From Verrucomicrobiales bacterium (lineage in GTDB: Bacteria; Verrucomicrobiota; Verrucomicrobiia; Limisphaerales; J093), in NCBI GenBank assembly GCA_015075445.1, contig JABTUJ010000001.1:167059-231058 (forward strand): 64,000 nucleotides of DNA. The letters are read 5' to 3'. Numbering within the stretch: position 1 is the first letter of the stretch; each line of letters opens with the position of its first letter. Below the pieces are notes generated by a model that saw only the letters and a list, made by a program, of their open reading frames with translations, did not search any database and had not been told where the DNA came from. Position numbers and translations under genes: made by a program. Positions 16,597-26,417 of the stretch are shown piece by piece.

Positions 16597-17253
16597 GTGA
16601 ACAGCGCGCACCGTGTCCGCCTGGGGGTTCTGGGTTCAGGGAAAGGCTCGAATTTTGTGGCCATCGCCGACGCGTGTGCCGCGGGGAGGTTGCCCGCCGA
16701 GGTGGCGTTGGTGCTGAGCGATGTGCCGGAGGCCGGCATCCTCGACCGGGCCCGCGAACGCGGTTTGCGCGCCCGCCACCTGGCGCCCGGTCCGTATCGG
16801 TCGAAGCTGGATCCGGCCGCCGAAGCCGCCTACGTGCAGGCGCTCCAGGAGGCCCGGGTGGACTGGGTGGTGCTGGCCGGGTTCATGCGGATCATCAAGG
16901 AACCCCTGCTGCAGGCCTTTCCTCACCGGATCGTGAACATCCATCCCGCGCTGCTGCCGTCCTTTCCCGGCCTCGAATCCTGGAAGCAGGCGCTCGAATA
17001 CGGCGTGAAGGTGACCGGCGTGACGGTGCATCTGGTGGACGCCGGCATCGACAGCGGACCGATCGTCGCCCAGGCGCCCGTGGCCGTGGAGGACGACGAC
17101 ACGCCGGCGACGCTGCACGCCCGCATCCAGCAGGTGGAACACGAGCTCTACCCCGCCGCCCTCGCGCGGTTGTTCACCGGCCGCCTGGAGGTCGTGGGCC
17201 GGCGCGCCCGCCTCAGAACTCCGCACTCCCCGGCGTCCGGGCAAACGGGATGA
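16597..17253 (+). CDS. purN: phosphoribosylglycinamide formyltransferase
   Basis: ORF 16402..17253 trimmed to GTG 16597. [35 protein letters not shown] and [18 protein letters not shown] are PurN signatures. Confidence 0.88.
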   Translation: MNSAHRVRLGVLGSGKGSNFVAIADACAAGRLPAEVALVLSDVPEAGILDRARERGLRARHLAPGPYRSKLDPAAEAAYVQALQEARVDWVVLAGFMRIIKEPLLQAFPHRIVNIHPALLPSFPGLESWKQALEYGVKVTGVTVHLVDAGIDSGPIVAQAPVAVEDDDTPATLHARIQQVEHELYPAALARLFTGRLEVVGRRARLRTPHSPASGQTG

Positions 17254-18574
17254 CGTCGCGGATGTTGCCCACCCCGGTGAGGAACATCAGCAGCCGTTCG
17301 AAGCCCAGCCCGAACCCCGCGTGCGGCACGGTCCCGTAGCGGCGCAGGTCCAGGTACCACCAGTAGTCCTTCGGGTCCAGCTTCTGGAACTTCATGTTGT
17401 CGAGCAACTGCTCGAGCCGCTCCTCGCGCTGGGAACCGCCGATCACCTCGCCGATGCCTGGCACCAGCACATCCATGGCCGTCACCGTCGCGCCGTCGTC
17501 GTTCAAGCGCATGTAGAACGGCTTGATCGTGCGCGGGTAGTTGAAGACGGTCACCGGCGACTTGAAGTGTTCCTCGGTCAGGTAGCGCTCGTGCTCGGAC
17601 TGGAGGTTCGCCCCCGGTTCGACCGGGAACTCGAAGGCCTTGCCCGACCGCTGCAGGATGGCGACGGCCTCGGCATACGGCACCCGTTGAAAGGGACGTT
17701 CCACGACGAACGCGAGGCGCTTGCGGACCTCCTTGTCGACAAATCGCTCGAAGAGGGTCAGGTCCTCGGCGCAATGCTCGAGGGTATGGCGGGCCATGGC
17801 CTGGACAAACGCCTCAGCCAGGTCCATGTCGCCGGCCAGATCGCAGAAGGCCATCTCGGGCTCGATCATCCAAAACTCGGCGGCGTGCCGGGCGGTGTTG
17901 GAGTTCTCGGCGCGGAACGTGGGGCCGAAGGTGTACACGTTCGAGAGCGCACAGGCGAAGGTCTCCGCCTCGAGTTGGCCGCTCACGGTGAGGTAGGTGC
18001 GGCGCCCGAAGAAATCCGTCGCCGGATCCCCGTCCACGTTGCCCTTGAGCGTCGTCACCCGGAACATCTCGCCCGCCCCTTCGCAGTCGCTCGCCGTGAT
18101 GATGGGCGTGTGCACGTGGATGAAGTCGCGTTCCTGAAAGAACTGGTGCACCGCGTGGGCCAGGCGGCTGCGGGTCCGGAACACGGCGCCGAACAGGTTC
18201 GAGCGCGGCCGCAGATGCGCGATGGTGCGGAGGAACTCGAGGGTGTGCCCCTTCTTCTGCAGCGGGAAGCTCGCGTCGGCCTTCCCCACCAGCTCGACCC
18301 GTTGGGCGCGCAGCTCCCAGCGCTGGCCGGCCGCCGGCGACGCCACCAGGTCGCCCTGCACCGACACCGACGCGCCCGTGGTGAAGTCATGCAGTTGCCC
18401 CGCCCCGGGCACGCTGGCGTCCACCACGACCTGCAGGCACGCCAGGCAAGAACCATCGTTGATCTCGACAAACGAAAACCCCTTCGCGTCGCGGCGGGTG
18501 CGAACCCATCCCTGGACGGTGACCCCCTCGCAGGGGGTGGTGGAAGCGAGGACGTGTCGAATCAGCGTGCGCAT
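17213..18574 (-). CDS. asnS: asparagine--tRNA ligase
   Basis: ORF 17213..18772 trimmed to ATG 18574 (MRTLIRHVL). OB-fold [25 protein letters not shown], class II motifs [21 protein letters not shown] and GGSQREER, and C-terminal [30 protein letters not shown]. Confidence 0.9.
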   Translation of the reverse strand: MRTLIRHVLASTTPCEGVTVQGWVRTRRDAKGFSFVEINDGSCLACLQVVVDASVPGAGQLHDFTTGASVSVQGDLVASPAAGQRWELRAQRVELVGKADASFPLQKKGHTLEFLRTIAHLRPRSNLFGAVFRTRSRLAHAVHQFFQERDFIHVHTPIITASDCEGAGEMFRVTTLKGNVDGDPATDFFGRRTYLTVSGQLEAETFACALSNVYTFGPTFRAENSNTARHAAEFWMIEPEMAFCDLAGDMDLAEAFVQAMARHTLEHCAEDLTLFERFVDKEVRKRLAFVVERPFQRVPYAEAVAILQRSGKAFEFPVEPGANLQSEHERYLTEEHFKSPVTVFNYPRTIKPFYMRLNDDGATVTAMDVLVPGIGEVIGGSQREERLEQLLDNMKFQKLDPKDYWWYLDLRRYGTVPHAGFGLGFERLLMFLTGVGNIRDVIPFARTPGSAEF

Positions 18575-18612
18575 GGCGCGAGTGTGCAAAGAGCCCGGTG
18601 GCTCCGCCACTG

Positions 18613-20169
18613 TTATTGGGCGGCGTCCCCCGAGGGTGGCAGCCAGGGCAGCTCGATGGGCGTCGGGCTGGCCCCGCGCACGGGCAGTGTCCGGGCCCGC
18701 GGCAGGCTCAGCGCCCAGGGTGCGGCAGCCCGCAGCGCCAGCCGCCGCTCCTCGTTTCCCTCGTCCAGGCACTCAATCAGCGCCGTCCCGCGAACGGCGG
18801 AATTCGGGCTGGCCAGCAGCCGGGCGATCTCATCCCACGCCACATTCTGTCGCAGCAGCGCGCGGGTGGCCTCCTCGAACAGGGGCGGTCCCCAGGCGCG
18901 TGCCGCCTCGTTCATCGCCACGTATTGCCGAAGGAACCGGCGCGCCGCGCGACTGCGCAGATCGCCCAGCGCCGGGAACAGATGCACCCGCCAACGCAGC
19001 TCGGCCCACGTCGCGGGGTAACCGGGCAGTTCGGGCACCGTGCCGGGTTCGGGCTCACTTCTCAGCCGGCGGAAGGCGTCCACCAGCACCGCCGCCGAAC
19101 CCGTCGAACCCAGGCGTCCCAGCGCGCGCGCGGCCAACGCCGCGTCCAGCCCGTGGTAACGCCAGTCCGGATGCGCCGTCCGCTCGCGCACGACCCGTTC
19201 GAGGGCACGTACGACGGCCCGCGACTTGCGCCCCTGTTCGCCCAACCGGTCCGCCGCCCAAGCGCGCTCGACGATGCGAGCCGCGCGGGCTTGCTGACGG
19301 GTTGCCGCTTCGGCGCCGGTCACCGGGTCGGGCACCGGCGCCTGGAGCAACGCCAGCAACGCGCTCTCCGAATGGACGTTGATCTGGCCCGCCAACGCCG
19401 CCAGGTGCCGCGCCGCGTTGAACGTGGCGTCCGCGACGGCGGGCATCTCCGGCGGCGGGCGGCGGGTGATCAGAAAGAGCCGCACCAGCGGCACCGGTTC
19501 GTATGCCGGCCGTCCCAGCACCCGCGTCGCCACCCGCGGATCGTCCACCAGGATCATGTCGCCTGGTTGGTTCAGCGCGGTCTGGACCGCCTCCGGATCC
19601 AAGTCCAGACGCCCTGCGTACAGCCCCGGCACTTTGTAGCGGAGGAGTGGGGGCAACCGGGGATCCGCCCGCAGCGCGGTCGCGTTCGGCTCGTTGACGG
19701 CCACAACGTGATCCCAGCAATCGGCCGCCTCGAGCCATTGGGCGATCTCGGTTTCGAGGCCCGGTTCTTTCAGGTCGAGGTGCAGCAGCATCGCGCGTTG
19801 ACGGGCGAGGTCGAGGAGTTGGACGAAGCTCGGCGGGGTGCCGCCCAGCGGTCGGCCGTAAGCCGAGCGCGGTTCGAGGGCGAGCAGCTCGCGCGCAGTG
19901 ATCTCGCTCACCGCCCCGAGACCGTGCGTGAGCCGCTCCAGCGTGTCGTCGTGGAACAGCACCAACACGCCGTCGGCCGTCCGCCGCACATCCACCTCGA
20001 CGCCATCCGCGCCATGGTCCATCGCGGAGGCATAGGCCTGGAGGGTGTTCTCGGGAGCGAACGCCGCCGCGCCCCGGTGCACGATCACCAGCGGGCCCGC
20101 CCGACGCTCGGCCAGCCGCTGCCGCCGCACGAGGCGATCGGCCGCGGTTTCGGGCGCCAGTTCGAGCAC
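18613..20169 (-). CDS. glycerophosphodiester phosphodiesterase (GDPD) domain protein with long alpha-helical (HEAT-like) C-terminal region
   Basis: [52 protein letters not shown] is the GDPD catalytic N-terminus. The C-terminal roughly 300 aa is helical-repeat-like (this part is inference). Confidence 0.7.
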   Translation of the reverse strand: MLELAPETAADRLVRRQRLAERRAGPLVIVHRGAAAFAPENTLQAYASAMDHGADGVEVDVRRTADGVLVLFHDDTLERLTHGLGAVSEITARELLALEPRSAYGRPLGGTPPSFVQLLDLARQRAMLLHLDLKEPGLETEIAQWLEAADCWDHVVAVNEPNATALRADPRLPPLLRYKVPGLYAGRLDLDPEAVQTALNQPGDMILVDDPRVATRVLGRPAYEPVPLVRLFLITRRPPPEMPAVADATFNAARHLAALAGQINVHSESALLALLQAPVPDPVTGAEAATRQQARAARIVERAWAADRLGEQGRKSRAVVRALERVVRERTAHPDWRYHGLDAALAARALGRLGSTGSAAVLVDAFRRLRSEPEPGTVPELPGYPATWAELRWRVHLFPALGDLRSRAARRFLRQYVAMNEAARAWGPPLFEEATRALLRQNVAWDEIARLLASPNSAVRGTALIECLDEGNEERRLALRAAAPWALSLPRARTLPVRGASPTPIELPWLPPSGDAAQ

Positions 20170-20327
20170 GTATTCGCGGGCGAATCCCGCCCCTGGCCCC
20201 AGAGGGATCTTTGCGAGCTAGGGCCAGGCTGAAAGGAACCATCGAAGCCAATGTGCCACGGCAAAGTCTGGGCGAGCAGGTGGGGAAGCAAACGCTCCCG
20301 GAGGAGCGCGTTCCAGGGTGCGCGACG

Positions 20328-20449
20328 GAAGGGGCGAAGGGCGAGGTTCGAAGGTCGAAGGGCGAGGTTCGAAGGTCGAAGGGCGAGGTTCGAAGGTCGA
20401 AGGTCGAAGGGCGAAGGGCGAAGGGCGAAGGGCGAAGGGCGAAGGGCGA
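20328..20449. repeat. heptad-based tandem repeat: (GAAGGGCGAGGTTCGAAGGTC)x3 followed by (GAAGGGC)x6
   Basis: Read directly. 21-mers at 20337-20357, 20358-20378 and 20379-20399, then GAAGGTC and six GAAGGGC up to 20448. Lies between the OsmC stop and the GDPD start (both on the minus strand). Confidence 0.9.
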
Positions 20450-20456
20450 TGGTTGG

Positions 20457-21062
20457 CTAGACCTTCTCGACTTGGACGTTGATCTTGACCGGCTGGGCCA
20501 GCGTGTCGAACACGGGCGACTTGCGCACGAGCTCCTGGATGGTCGCGACATCGGCGTCGCCCTTGACCCTGAACTTCACGCGGATCTCGCGATAGCCGGA
20601 GCGCACGTTGGGATCGAGGTCGAGCAGGCCGTGCAGGTCGATGTCGCCTTCGTACTCGCTCTCGATGCTCTCGAGGTTCAGGCCGCGGCCGGCGGCGTGG
20701 TAGGCCAGCGTGGTCGTCATGCAGCCGGAGAGGCCGGCGAGGACGAACTCGACCGGGTTGGCGCCATTGTCTTCTCCGAGGAGCACGGCGGGTTCATCGG
20801 CGTCCATCTTGAACGGCTGCTTGTGGGTCATTTCGTGGCAGGTGCCGTAGAAGGTGTCCACGGTGGCCTGATTGTGGCCGCCGGTGTCCCAGCGGTTGCG
20901 GGCGCGGAACTTGAATTGGGCGAGTTCCGGCTGCTGGCCGATGGCCTGGATGGTCTCGGCGAGCTTGGTCACGTTCACCCCGTTCCGCACGATGGGGCGG
21001 GAGGGGATGGTGGTGGTGGCGGTGTTCGTGCTGCTGCTGCGGGTCGTTGCTGTCGTTGTCAT
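20457..21062 (-). CDS. OsmC/Ohr family peroxiredoxin-like protein
   Basis: ORF 20457..21161 trimmed to ATG 21062. ...ANPVEFVLAGLSGCMTTTLAYHAA...IRVKFRVKGDA... matches the OsmC fold, including the conserved Cys. The N-terminus is Thr-rich and low complexity. Confidence 0.75.
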   Translation of the reverse strand: MTTTATTRSSSTNTATTTIPSRPIVRNGVNVTKLAETIQAIGQQPELAQFKFRARNRWDTGGHNQATVDTFYGTCHEMTHKQPFKMDADEPAVLLGEDNGANPVEFVLAGLSGCMTTTLAYHAAGRGLNLESIESEYEGDIDLHGLLDLDPNVRSGYREIRVKFRVKGDADVATIQELVRKSPVFDTLAQPVKINVQVEKV

Positions 21063-21302
21063 GGTGTTCTGCTTTCTTGTTTTCAGGTTTCGGTTTCGGT
21101 TTCTCGCGCCGGATTTCGTTTTCGACGCGAACGCCGGACCTGAATGCGGGAAGGATGCCAACCTTGGCGGGGACGCGTTCTATGTTGACCAGCAACGAGT
21201 TGAGTGCGCGGGCGAGGATGGAAAAGCTCGCGGGATTTCGTGAATCACGAGATCTCGTGCGCTCGGAAACGCGAGTTGTCGGGAATCGCACAGGGAATTG
21301 AG

Positions 21303-21493
21303 GTTGAGTCTCGTCACCTCGACTCCTACAAGGGGGGGAGGGCGTGGTAGGGGACGACGTCAGGAGGTTCTGCCTGTGGGTTGAGTCTCGTCACCTCGAC
21401 TCCTGCGAGGGGGGGGAGGGCGTGGTAGGGGACGACGTCAGGAGGCTCTGCCTGTGGGTTGAGTCTCGTCACCTCGACTCCTACGAGGGGGGG
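21303..21493. repeat. REP-like array type B: 2.5 copies of a roughly 77-nt unit
   Basis: Unit GTTGAGTCTCGTCACCTCGACTCCTACAAGGGGGGGAGGGCGTGGTAGGGGACGACGTCAGGAGGTTCTGCCTGTGG at 21303-21379. Repeated at 21380-21457, with a partial copy at 21458-21493. Each unit has an imperfect inverted pair. Confidence 0.85.
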
Positions 21494-23418
21494 CGGTGGA
21501 GTTGCAGCGCTTTCATCCGCGAACTGAGCGTGCTGGGCGGCAGGCCGAGCAGTCGCGCCGCCCCCTGCTCACCGGCCACCCGCCACTGACAAGCCTCGAG
21601 GGCCCGCAACAGGTTCGCCCGCTCGAGCTGTTCGAACTCCTTCGCGGTGAGCACCCGCCCGGCGCCGTCCGTCGATGTGGCCGACGCCACTTCCGCGGGC
21701 TCCGACACCGTCGCGACACCCGCCAGGGCGCGCTCGAGCAGGAGTTCAGGACCCGGGCTGAGGATGAGGGCGCGTTCGATGACGTTCTGGAGCTCGCGGA
21801 CGTTCCCGGGCCAATCGTGGCGGCGCAGGCGCTGGAGCTGGGCGCTGGTGAGCGGCTCGACCCGTTTGCCGAGGCGCCGGGCGAAGCGCTGGACGAACGC
21901 CGCGGCGAGCTGTTCCACATCCGCCCCGCGTTCCCGCAGCGCGGGGAGGTGGATGGGAAAGACGTGCAGGCGGAAGTAGAGGTCTTCGCGGAACTTGCCA
22001 TCGGCGACCATTTGCCTGAGGTCACGGTGGGTGGCAGCGATGACCCGCGCGTTCACCCGGAGGGTCTTGGTGCTGCCGAGGGGCTCGAACTCGCCCTCCT
22101 GGAGGACGCGCAGCAGCTTGGGCTGCAGCTCGAGCGGCAATTCGGCGATCTCATCCAGAAAGATCGTCCCGCCGTCGGCAAGGGCGAAGCGGCCGTCGCG
22201 ACGCGCCACGGCCCCGGTGAAGGCGCCGCGTTCGTGTCCGAACAACTCGCTCTCGATCAGGTGGGTCGGCAGGGCAGCGCAATTCACCAGGACGAGCGGC
22301 TGTTCGGCGCGGTGGCTGGCGCGATGCAGGGCGCGGGCGACGCGCTCCTTGCCGGTGCCGGTTTCGCCGGTGATCAGCACGGTGGCGTCGGTGCGGGCGA
22401 CCTGTTCGATGGCGCGGAGCACGGCCTGCATGCCGTCGCTGCGACCCAGGAGGTCGTCGGAGCCGGGCAATTCCCGGACGGCATCGCGCAGGTACTCGGT
22501 CTCCTGGCGGAGCTGTTCGAGCTGGCGTTCGGCCTGCCCCCGTTCATCGAGGTTGCGCAGGATGAGGGTGAGGTAGCGCTGGCGACGGCTTTCGAAGCAG
22601 GACAGGGTGGTCTCCGCCGGGAAGACCGAGTGATCCCAGCGGCGCGCGACGAAGTCCTGGGGCAACCACAACTGGCGTTTGTCGGAACCGCGTTCGGCGC
22701 TTTCGCGGGCGAACCGTTCGACACGGCCGACGCTGTCGGGGGCCAGGAACTCGCGGAGGTCTTCGCCGAGGAGGTCTTCGGCGGTGCATCCGAAGAGCCG
22801 GGTGGCGGCCTGGTTGACCCGCACGATCTTGAGTTGGGGATCCAGAACCAGGATGGCGTCCAGCGCCGTTTCGAGGAGGGCGGACAACTGTTCTTCGCGG
22901 GCCCGGACTTCCTGTTCGGTGCGCAGGCGCCGGTGTTCGGCGGCGGCGCGGGCGGCGAAGATTTCGAAGAGGGAAAGCCGGCGGGGCTCGGGTGGCAGCG
23001 GCTTGGTGTCGAGGACGGCGAGGTGGCCCATGACCGTGCCGTCGGCGTCCAGGAGCGGGACGCCGAGATAGCTCACGGCGTCGAGCGCCCGCAGGTCCGC
23101 CTCCTCCGGATACAGCTCGAGGACGCGGTCGGGGTAATGCACCAGTCGTTTGCCGGTGACGACGACGGCGCAGGGGGTGCCTTCGATGGCGTGTTCGTAG
23201 TGGTCGAGGAAGGCGCCGTTGAGCCAGAAGGCGAGGGCGCGCAGGCGGCGGTTTTCGGCGTCGTACTCGGTGACCCAGGCGCCGGTAGTTCCCATCACGA
23301 CGGCCAGGTTCCTGACGAGGGCACGAAAGAACTCCGTGCCGGTCTCGGCCACGGTTCCGGCCACGACGAGGCGCAGGGCCGCTTCGTCGTCAGAGGTCGC
23401 CAGGTTCTCGGTCATCAT
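21481..23418 (-). CDS. sigma-54-dependent transcriptional activator (GAF-PAS-AAA+-HTH)
   Basis: VLITGETGTGKERVARALH (Walker A), ESELFGHERGAFTGA (GAFTGA), RLHVFPIHLPALRER and a C-terminal Fis-type HTH AARLLGLPPSTLSSRMKAL. N-terminal GAF-like and PAS-like regions. Confidence 0.88.
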   Translation of the reverse strand: MMTENLATSDDEAALRLVVAGTVAETGTEFFRALVRNLAVVMGTTGAWVTEYDAENRRLRALAFWLNGAFLDHYEHAIEGTPCAVVVTGKRLVHYPDRVLELYPEEADLRALDAVSYLGVPLLDADGTVMGHLAVLDTKPLPPEPRRLSLFEIFAARAAAEHRRLRTEQEVRAREEQLSALLETALDAILVLDPQLKIVRVNQAATRLFGCTAEDLLGEDLREFLAPDSVGRVERFARESAERGSDKRQLWLPQDFVARRWDHSVFPAETTLSCFESRRQRYLTLILRNLDERGQAERQLEQLRQETEYLRDAVRELPGSDDLLGRSDGMQAVLRAIEQVARTDATVLITGETGTGKERVARALHRASHRAEQPLVLVNCAALPTHLIESELFGHERGAFTGAVARRDGRFALADGGTIFLDEIAELPLELQPKLLRVLQEGEFEPLGSTKTLRVNARVIAATHRDLRQMVADGKFREDLYFRLHVFPIHLPALRERGADVEQLAAAFVQRFARRLGKRVEPLTSAQLQRLRRHDWPGNVRELQNVIERALILSPGPELLLERALAGVATVSEPAEVASATSTDGAGRVLTAKEFEQLERANLLRALEACQWRVAGEQGAARLLGLPPSTLSSRMKALQLHRPPS

Positions 23419-23535
23419 GGATCAAGGTGTTCCCAGGAATTAGTGTGTTCGGCGGCCGGGCGCAAATGCGGCTGGACCGTTCCGGGGCGCATTTCTTCCT
23501 TGGACGCTGATTCGGGGCGCGGCACACTGCGCGCC

Positions 23536-24528
23536 ATGCTTCGCTTCTACGTGGTACTTCTCACCCTCCTGTGGAGCGGGTGGGCGGCGGCAAGTGCGCG
23601 GGCGGGGGAGTTCAAGCTCCTCGACGGCTCGACCATCTATGGCGATGTGTCGGCGTTCAACGAGAACGGGGTGGTGTTCCGGCTGCGCACGGGGGGGTTC
23701 TCGGAGCGGTATTCGTGGAGCAAGTTCACCCAGGAATCCCTCAGGGAGCTGGCCCGGGATCCGAAGGCGGTCGAGTTCGCCGAGCCGTTCATCGAGATTC
23801 CGCCCGACGAGCGGCCGCGGCCGAAGCCCAAGCCGGTGGTGTTGAAGGAGGTCAACCGCACCGAGCTGCCGGCGGGGCGGACCACGTTTTTCAGCTCCTT
23901 CACGGCGCCCATGGGCTTGCTGATTCTGGGGGTGCTGTACGCGGCGAATTTGCTCGCCGCCTACGAGATCGCGCGCTACCGCAACCGGCCGGTGGCCGTG
24001 GTCTGCGGCCTCTCGGCGCTCCTGCCCCTGTTGGGTCCGTTGATCTTCCTGGCCTCCCCGACCTTGGAAGCCCATGGCGAGGACGGCGGTCTGCCGCTCG
24101 AGGTCGAGGAGCCCGGTCCTGCCGTGGTTGGAGCGGGCAGCCCCTCCGGGGCCACCTCGCGTTCCCTGGGCAAGGTCGGGGTGCCGCCGCCGATGAGCGG
24201 CACCGGCCTCAAGGTGGCGGCCGCGGCCAAGGGTCCGGAAACCCGGGCCGAGCCGAAGATCTACAAGCGGGGCGATTACACCTTCAACCGCCGGTTCATC
24301 GAGACCCAGTTCTCGGGCTTCTTCCGCATCGTGCCAAGCGACGCCGAGAAAGACCTGGTGCTCGTCGTCAAGACGCCCAAACAGGATTACATCGCGCGCC
24401 GGATCAGCCGCATCTCCGCCAGCGAAATGTTCATCTCGCCCATCCAGGCGGGCAGCAAGGAGGTCAGCGTCACGTTCGGCGAGATCGCCGAGGTCCAGAT
24501 CCGGCACAAGGACGACCCGATCCGCTGA
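23536..24528 (+). CDS. hypothetical membrane protein with signal peptide
   Basis: C-terminal part of ORF 21496..24528, with ATG at 23536. MLRFYVVLLTLLWSGWAAASARA signal, two central hydrophobic helices (GLLILGVLYAANLLAAY, VVCGLSALLPLLGPLIFLA). No family recognised. Confidence 0.5.
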   Translation: MLRFYVVLLTLLWSGWAAASARAGEFKLLDGSTIYGDVSAFNENGVVFRLRTGGFSERYSWSKFTQESLRELARDPKAVEFAEPFIEIPPDERPRPKPKPVVLKEVNRTELPAGRTTFFSSFTAPMGLLILGVLYAANLLAAYEIARYRNRPVAVVCGLSALLPLLGPLIFLASPTLEAHGEDGGLPLEVEEPGPAVVGAGSPSGATSRSLGKVGVPPPMSGTGLKVAAAAKGPETRAEPKIYKRGDYTFNRRFIETQFSGFFRIVPSDAEKDLVLVVKTPKQDYIARRISRISASEMFISPIQAGSKEVSVTFGEIAEVQIRHKDDPIR

Positions 24529-24555
24529 AGTCGCCCCGCCTGATCCGCCTCCGGC

Positions 24556-25137
24556 ATGAAGCTCCAGACGGTTCTCCTGTTCGGTGCCCCCGGCTGCGGC
24601 AAAGGCACGCAAGGCAAGGCGCTCGGGACCCTGCCCGGTTACTTCCACTGTTCCTGTGGCGAGGTCTTTCGCAGCCTCCGCCTCGACAGCCCCCTCGGCC
24701 GGGTGTTTGTCCAGTACTCCAGCCAGGGTCAGCTCGTTCCCGACGAGCCGACCGTCCAGCTCTGGCGTGAGTTCATCGAGAACACCGAACGCGCCAGCCG
24801 CTATGACCCCCGCCAGGACCGGCTGCTGCTCGATGGGATCCCCCGCAACGTCCGCCAGGCTGAACTCCTCGCCGACACCCTCGACGTCCGCGCCGTGGTC
24901 CACCTGCACTGCCCCGATCCCGCCCGCCTCGTCGAGCGGCTCCAGCGCCGCGCGCTCCGCGAGAACCGGCTCGACGACGCCCACGTGGACGTCATCCGCG
25001 ACCGCCTCGACACCTACGAGAAGGAAACCCGGCCCGTCCTCGAGTTCTACGGCCCCACCGTGCGGCACACCGTCGATGCCATCCAGAAACCCGAAGCTGT
25101 CCTCCGGGATCTCCTTGGCATCGTCATGAGACTCTGA
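24556..25137 (+). CDS. adk: adenylate kinase family protein
   Basis: LLFGAPGCGKGTQG P-loop, LLLDGIPRNVRQAE, DRLDTYEKETRPVLEFY. Confidence 0.8.
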   Translation: MKLQTVLLFGAPGCGKGTQGKALGTLPGYFHCSCGEVFRSLRLDSPLGRVFVQYSSQGQLVPDEPTVQLWREFIENTERASRYDPRQDRLLLDGIPRNVRQAELLADTLDVRAVVHLHCPDPARLVERLQRRALRENRLDDAHVDVIRDRLDTYEKETRPVLEFYGPTVRHTVDAIQKPEAVLRDLLGIVMRL

Positions 25138-25142
25138 CGCCC

Positions 25143-25418
25143 ATGGCCTCGCAGTTTGGTGCTTTTACTGCCAGCGAACTCTACTGCCCCAAGTGCGCCC
25201 GTGCCCAGCGGGTCCGCGAACGGCTCTTGCTGATCCTCCCGGACGGCGAGCTCCACGAGTACCTCTGCAGCGGCTGCGGCAACTCCCTCGGCCAGCGCAA
25301 GACCGCCCGCCCCGGTTCCGCCTTCTCCATCCCGCCCCGTCCTCCGCCGCGACGCCCCGCAGCCGGCCCCGCCCCCAGCGGACCTCTCCCCCGCCGACCC
25401 CGTGGCCTCCTCTCCTGA
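25143..25418 (+). CDS. small zinc-ribbon protein (CxxC...CxxC) with Pro-rich tail
   Basis: MASQFGAFTASELYCPKCARAQ...HEYLCSGCGNSLG. Lies 5 nt after the adk stop, and its 3' end overlaps the GTG start of fmt by 17 nt. Confidence 0.45.
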   Translation: MASQFGAFTASELYCPKCARAQRVRERLLLILPDGELHEYLCSGCGNSLGQRKTARPGSAFSIPPRPPPRRPAAGPAPSGPLPRRPRGLLS

Positions 25419-26400
25419 CGCGCCCCCCGCGCCGGTGCCTGCTCCTGCTGCGCCGCCGCGACTGGTGTTCTTTGGCACCGCCGAACTCGCTGTCGCCAGC
25501 CTCACCGCCCTCGCCCGCCCGCCCGCCGGGCGCCTTGTCGCGGTGGTGACCCAGCCCGATCGCCCGAAGGGCCGGTCGTTGCGCCTCCAGCCGTCGCCAG
25601 TCAAAGTGCGCGCCATCGAGCTCGGCCTCCCCGTCTGGCAACCGGAGCGTTGTCGGGCCCCGGACTTCCTCGAACGCCTCCGCGCCGCGGCGCCCGACCT
25701 CATGGTGGTGGCTGCCTACGGGCAACTGCTGCCCCCGGCCCTGCTCGAGCTTCCCCCCCACGGCTGCCTCAACGTGCATGCCTCGCTGCTCCCCAAGTAC
25801 CGCGGAGCCTCCCCCATCCAGGCCGCCCTCCTGAACGGCGACGCCGAAACCGGGGTCACCCTGATGCGCATGGACGCCGGCCTCGACACCGGTCCGATGG
25901 TGGCTCAGGAACGAACGCCCATCGCGCCCGGAGAAGATGCCGCCCACCTGCACGATCGCCTGGCGGAGTTGGGCGCCGCGTTGCTCGTTCGGAGTCTGCC
26001 GGCTTATCTCGAGGGGCGGCTGGCCCCGCAGCCGCAACCCCTCGAGGGCGTGAGCTATGCCGGCAAGATCACGAAGGAAGACGGTCGCCTGGACTGGTCC
26101 CTGCCCGCCGGGACGCTCGACCGACGCTTGCGGGCGTTCACTCCCTGGCCCGGCGTGTTCACCTACCTTCCCGATCCCGGCAAGCCCGTGCTGATGAAGA
26201 TCTGGCGTGCCGACCCGGTCCTGGGGGTGGCGGGACGACCGGGCGAAGTCCTGCGTGCGGATCACGACGGCATCGTCATCGCGTGTGGCCAAGGCGCCCT
26301 GAGGGTCACCGAACTTCAGCGCGAAGGAGGCCGGCGGCTGACGGCGGCCGAGTTCCTCAAAGGCCATCCCCTCTCTCCCGGCCTCCTGCTCGGGCCTTGA
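25402..26400 (+). CDS. fmt: methionyl-tRNA formyltransferase
   Basis: RLVFFGTAELAV, VVTQPDRPKGR, NVHASLLPKYRGASPIQAALLNGDAETGVTLMRMDAGLDTGPM and a C-terminal tRNA-binding domain. GTG start. Confidence 0.9.
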   Translation: MASSPDAPPAPVPAPAAPPRLVFFGTAELAVASLTALARPPAGRLVAVVTQPDRPKGRSLRLQPSPVKVRAIELGLPVWQPERCRAPDFLERLRAAAPDLMVVAAYGQLLPPALLELPPHGCLNVHASLLPKYRGASPIQAALLNGDAETGVTLMRMDAGLDTGPMVAQERTPIAPGEDAAHLHDRLAELGAALLVRSLPAYLEGRLAPQPQPLEGVSYAGKITKEDGRLDWSLPAGTLDRRLRAFTPWPGVFTYLPDPGKPVLMKIWRADPVLGVAGRPGEVLRADHDGIVIACGQGALRVTELQREGGRRLTAAEFLKGHPLSPGLLLGP

Positions 26401-26417
26401 CCGACTCGCTACCCCTC

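Noticed and set aside
17213-17253. A 41-nt convergent overlap of the purN and asnS 3' ends as a possible regulatory feature.
   Set aside because: Short convergent overlaps are common in compact high-GC genomes, and no structure or motif was seen. The purN C-terminus (…[14 protein letters not shown]) may also simply be extended by a late stop.
23519-23534. Sigma-54 promoter (GG-N10-GC in CGGCACACTGCGCGCC) next to the sigma-54 activator gene.
   Set aside because: It matches only the minimal GG/GC dinucleotides, which is expected by chance at this GC content. It ends 1-2 nt before the ATG at 23536, leaving no leader or RBS.
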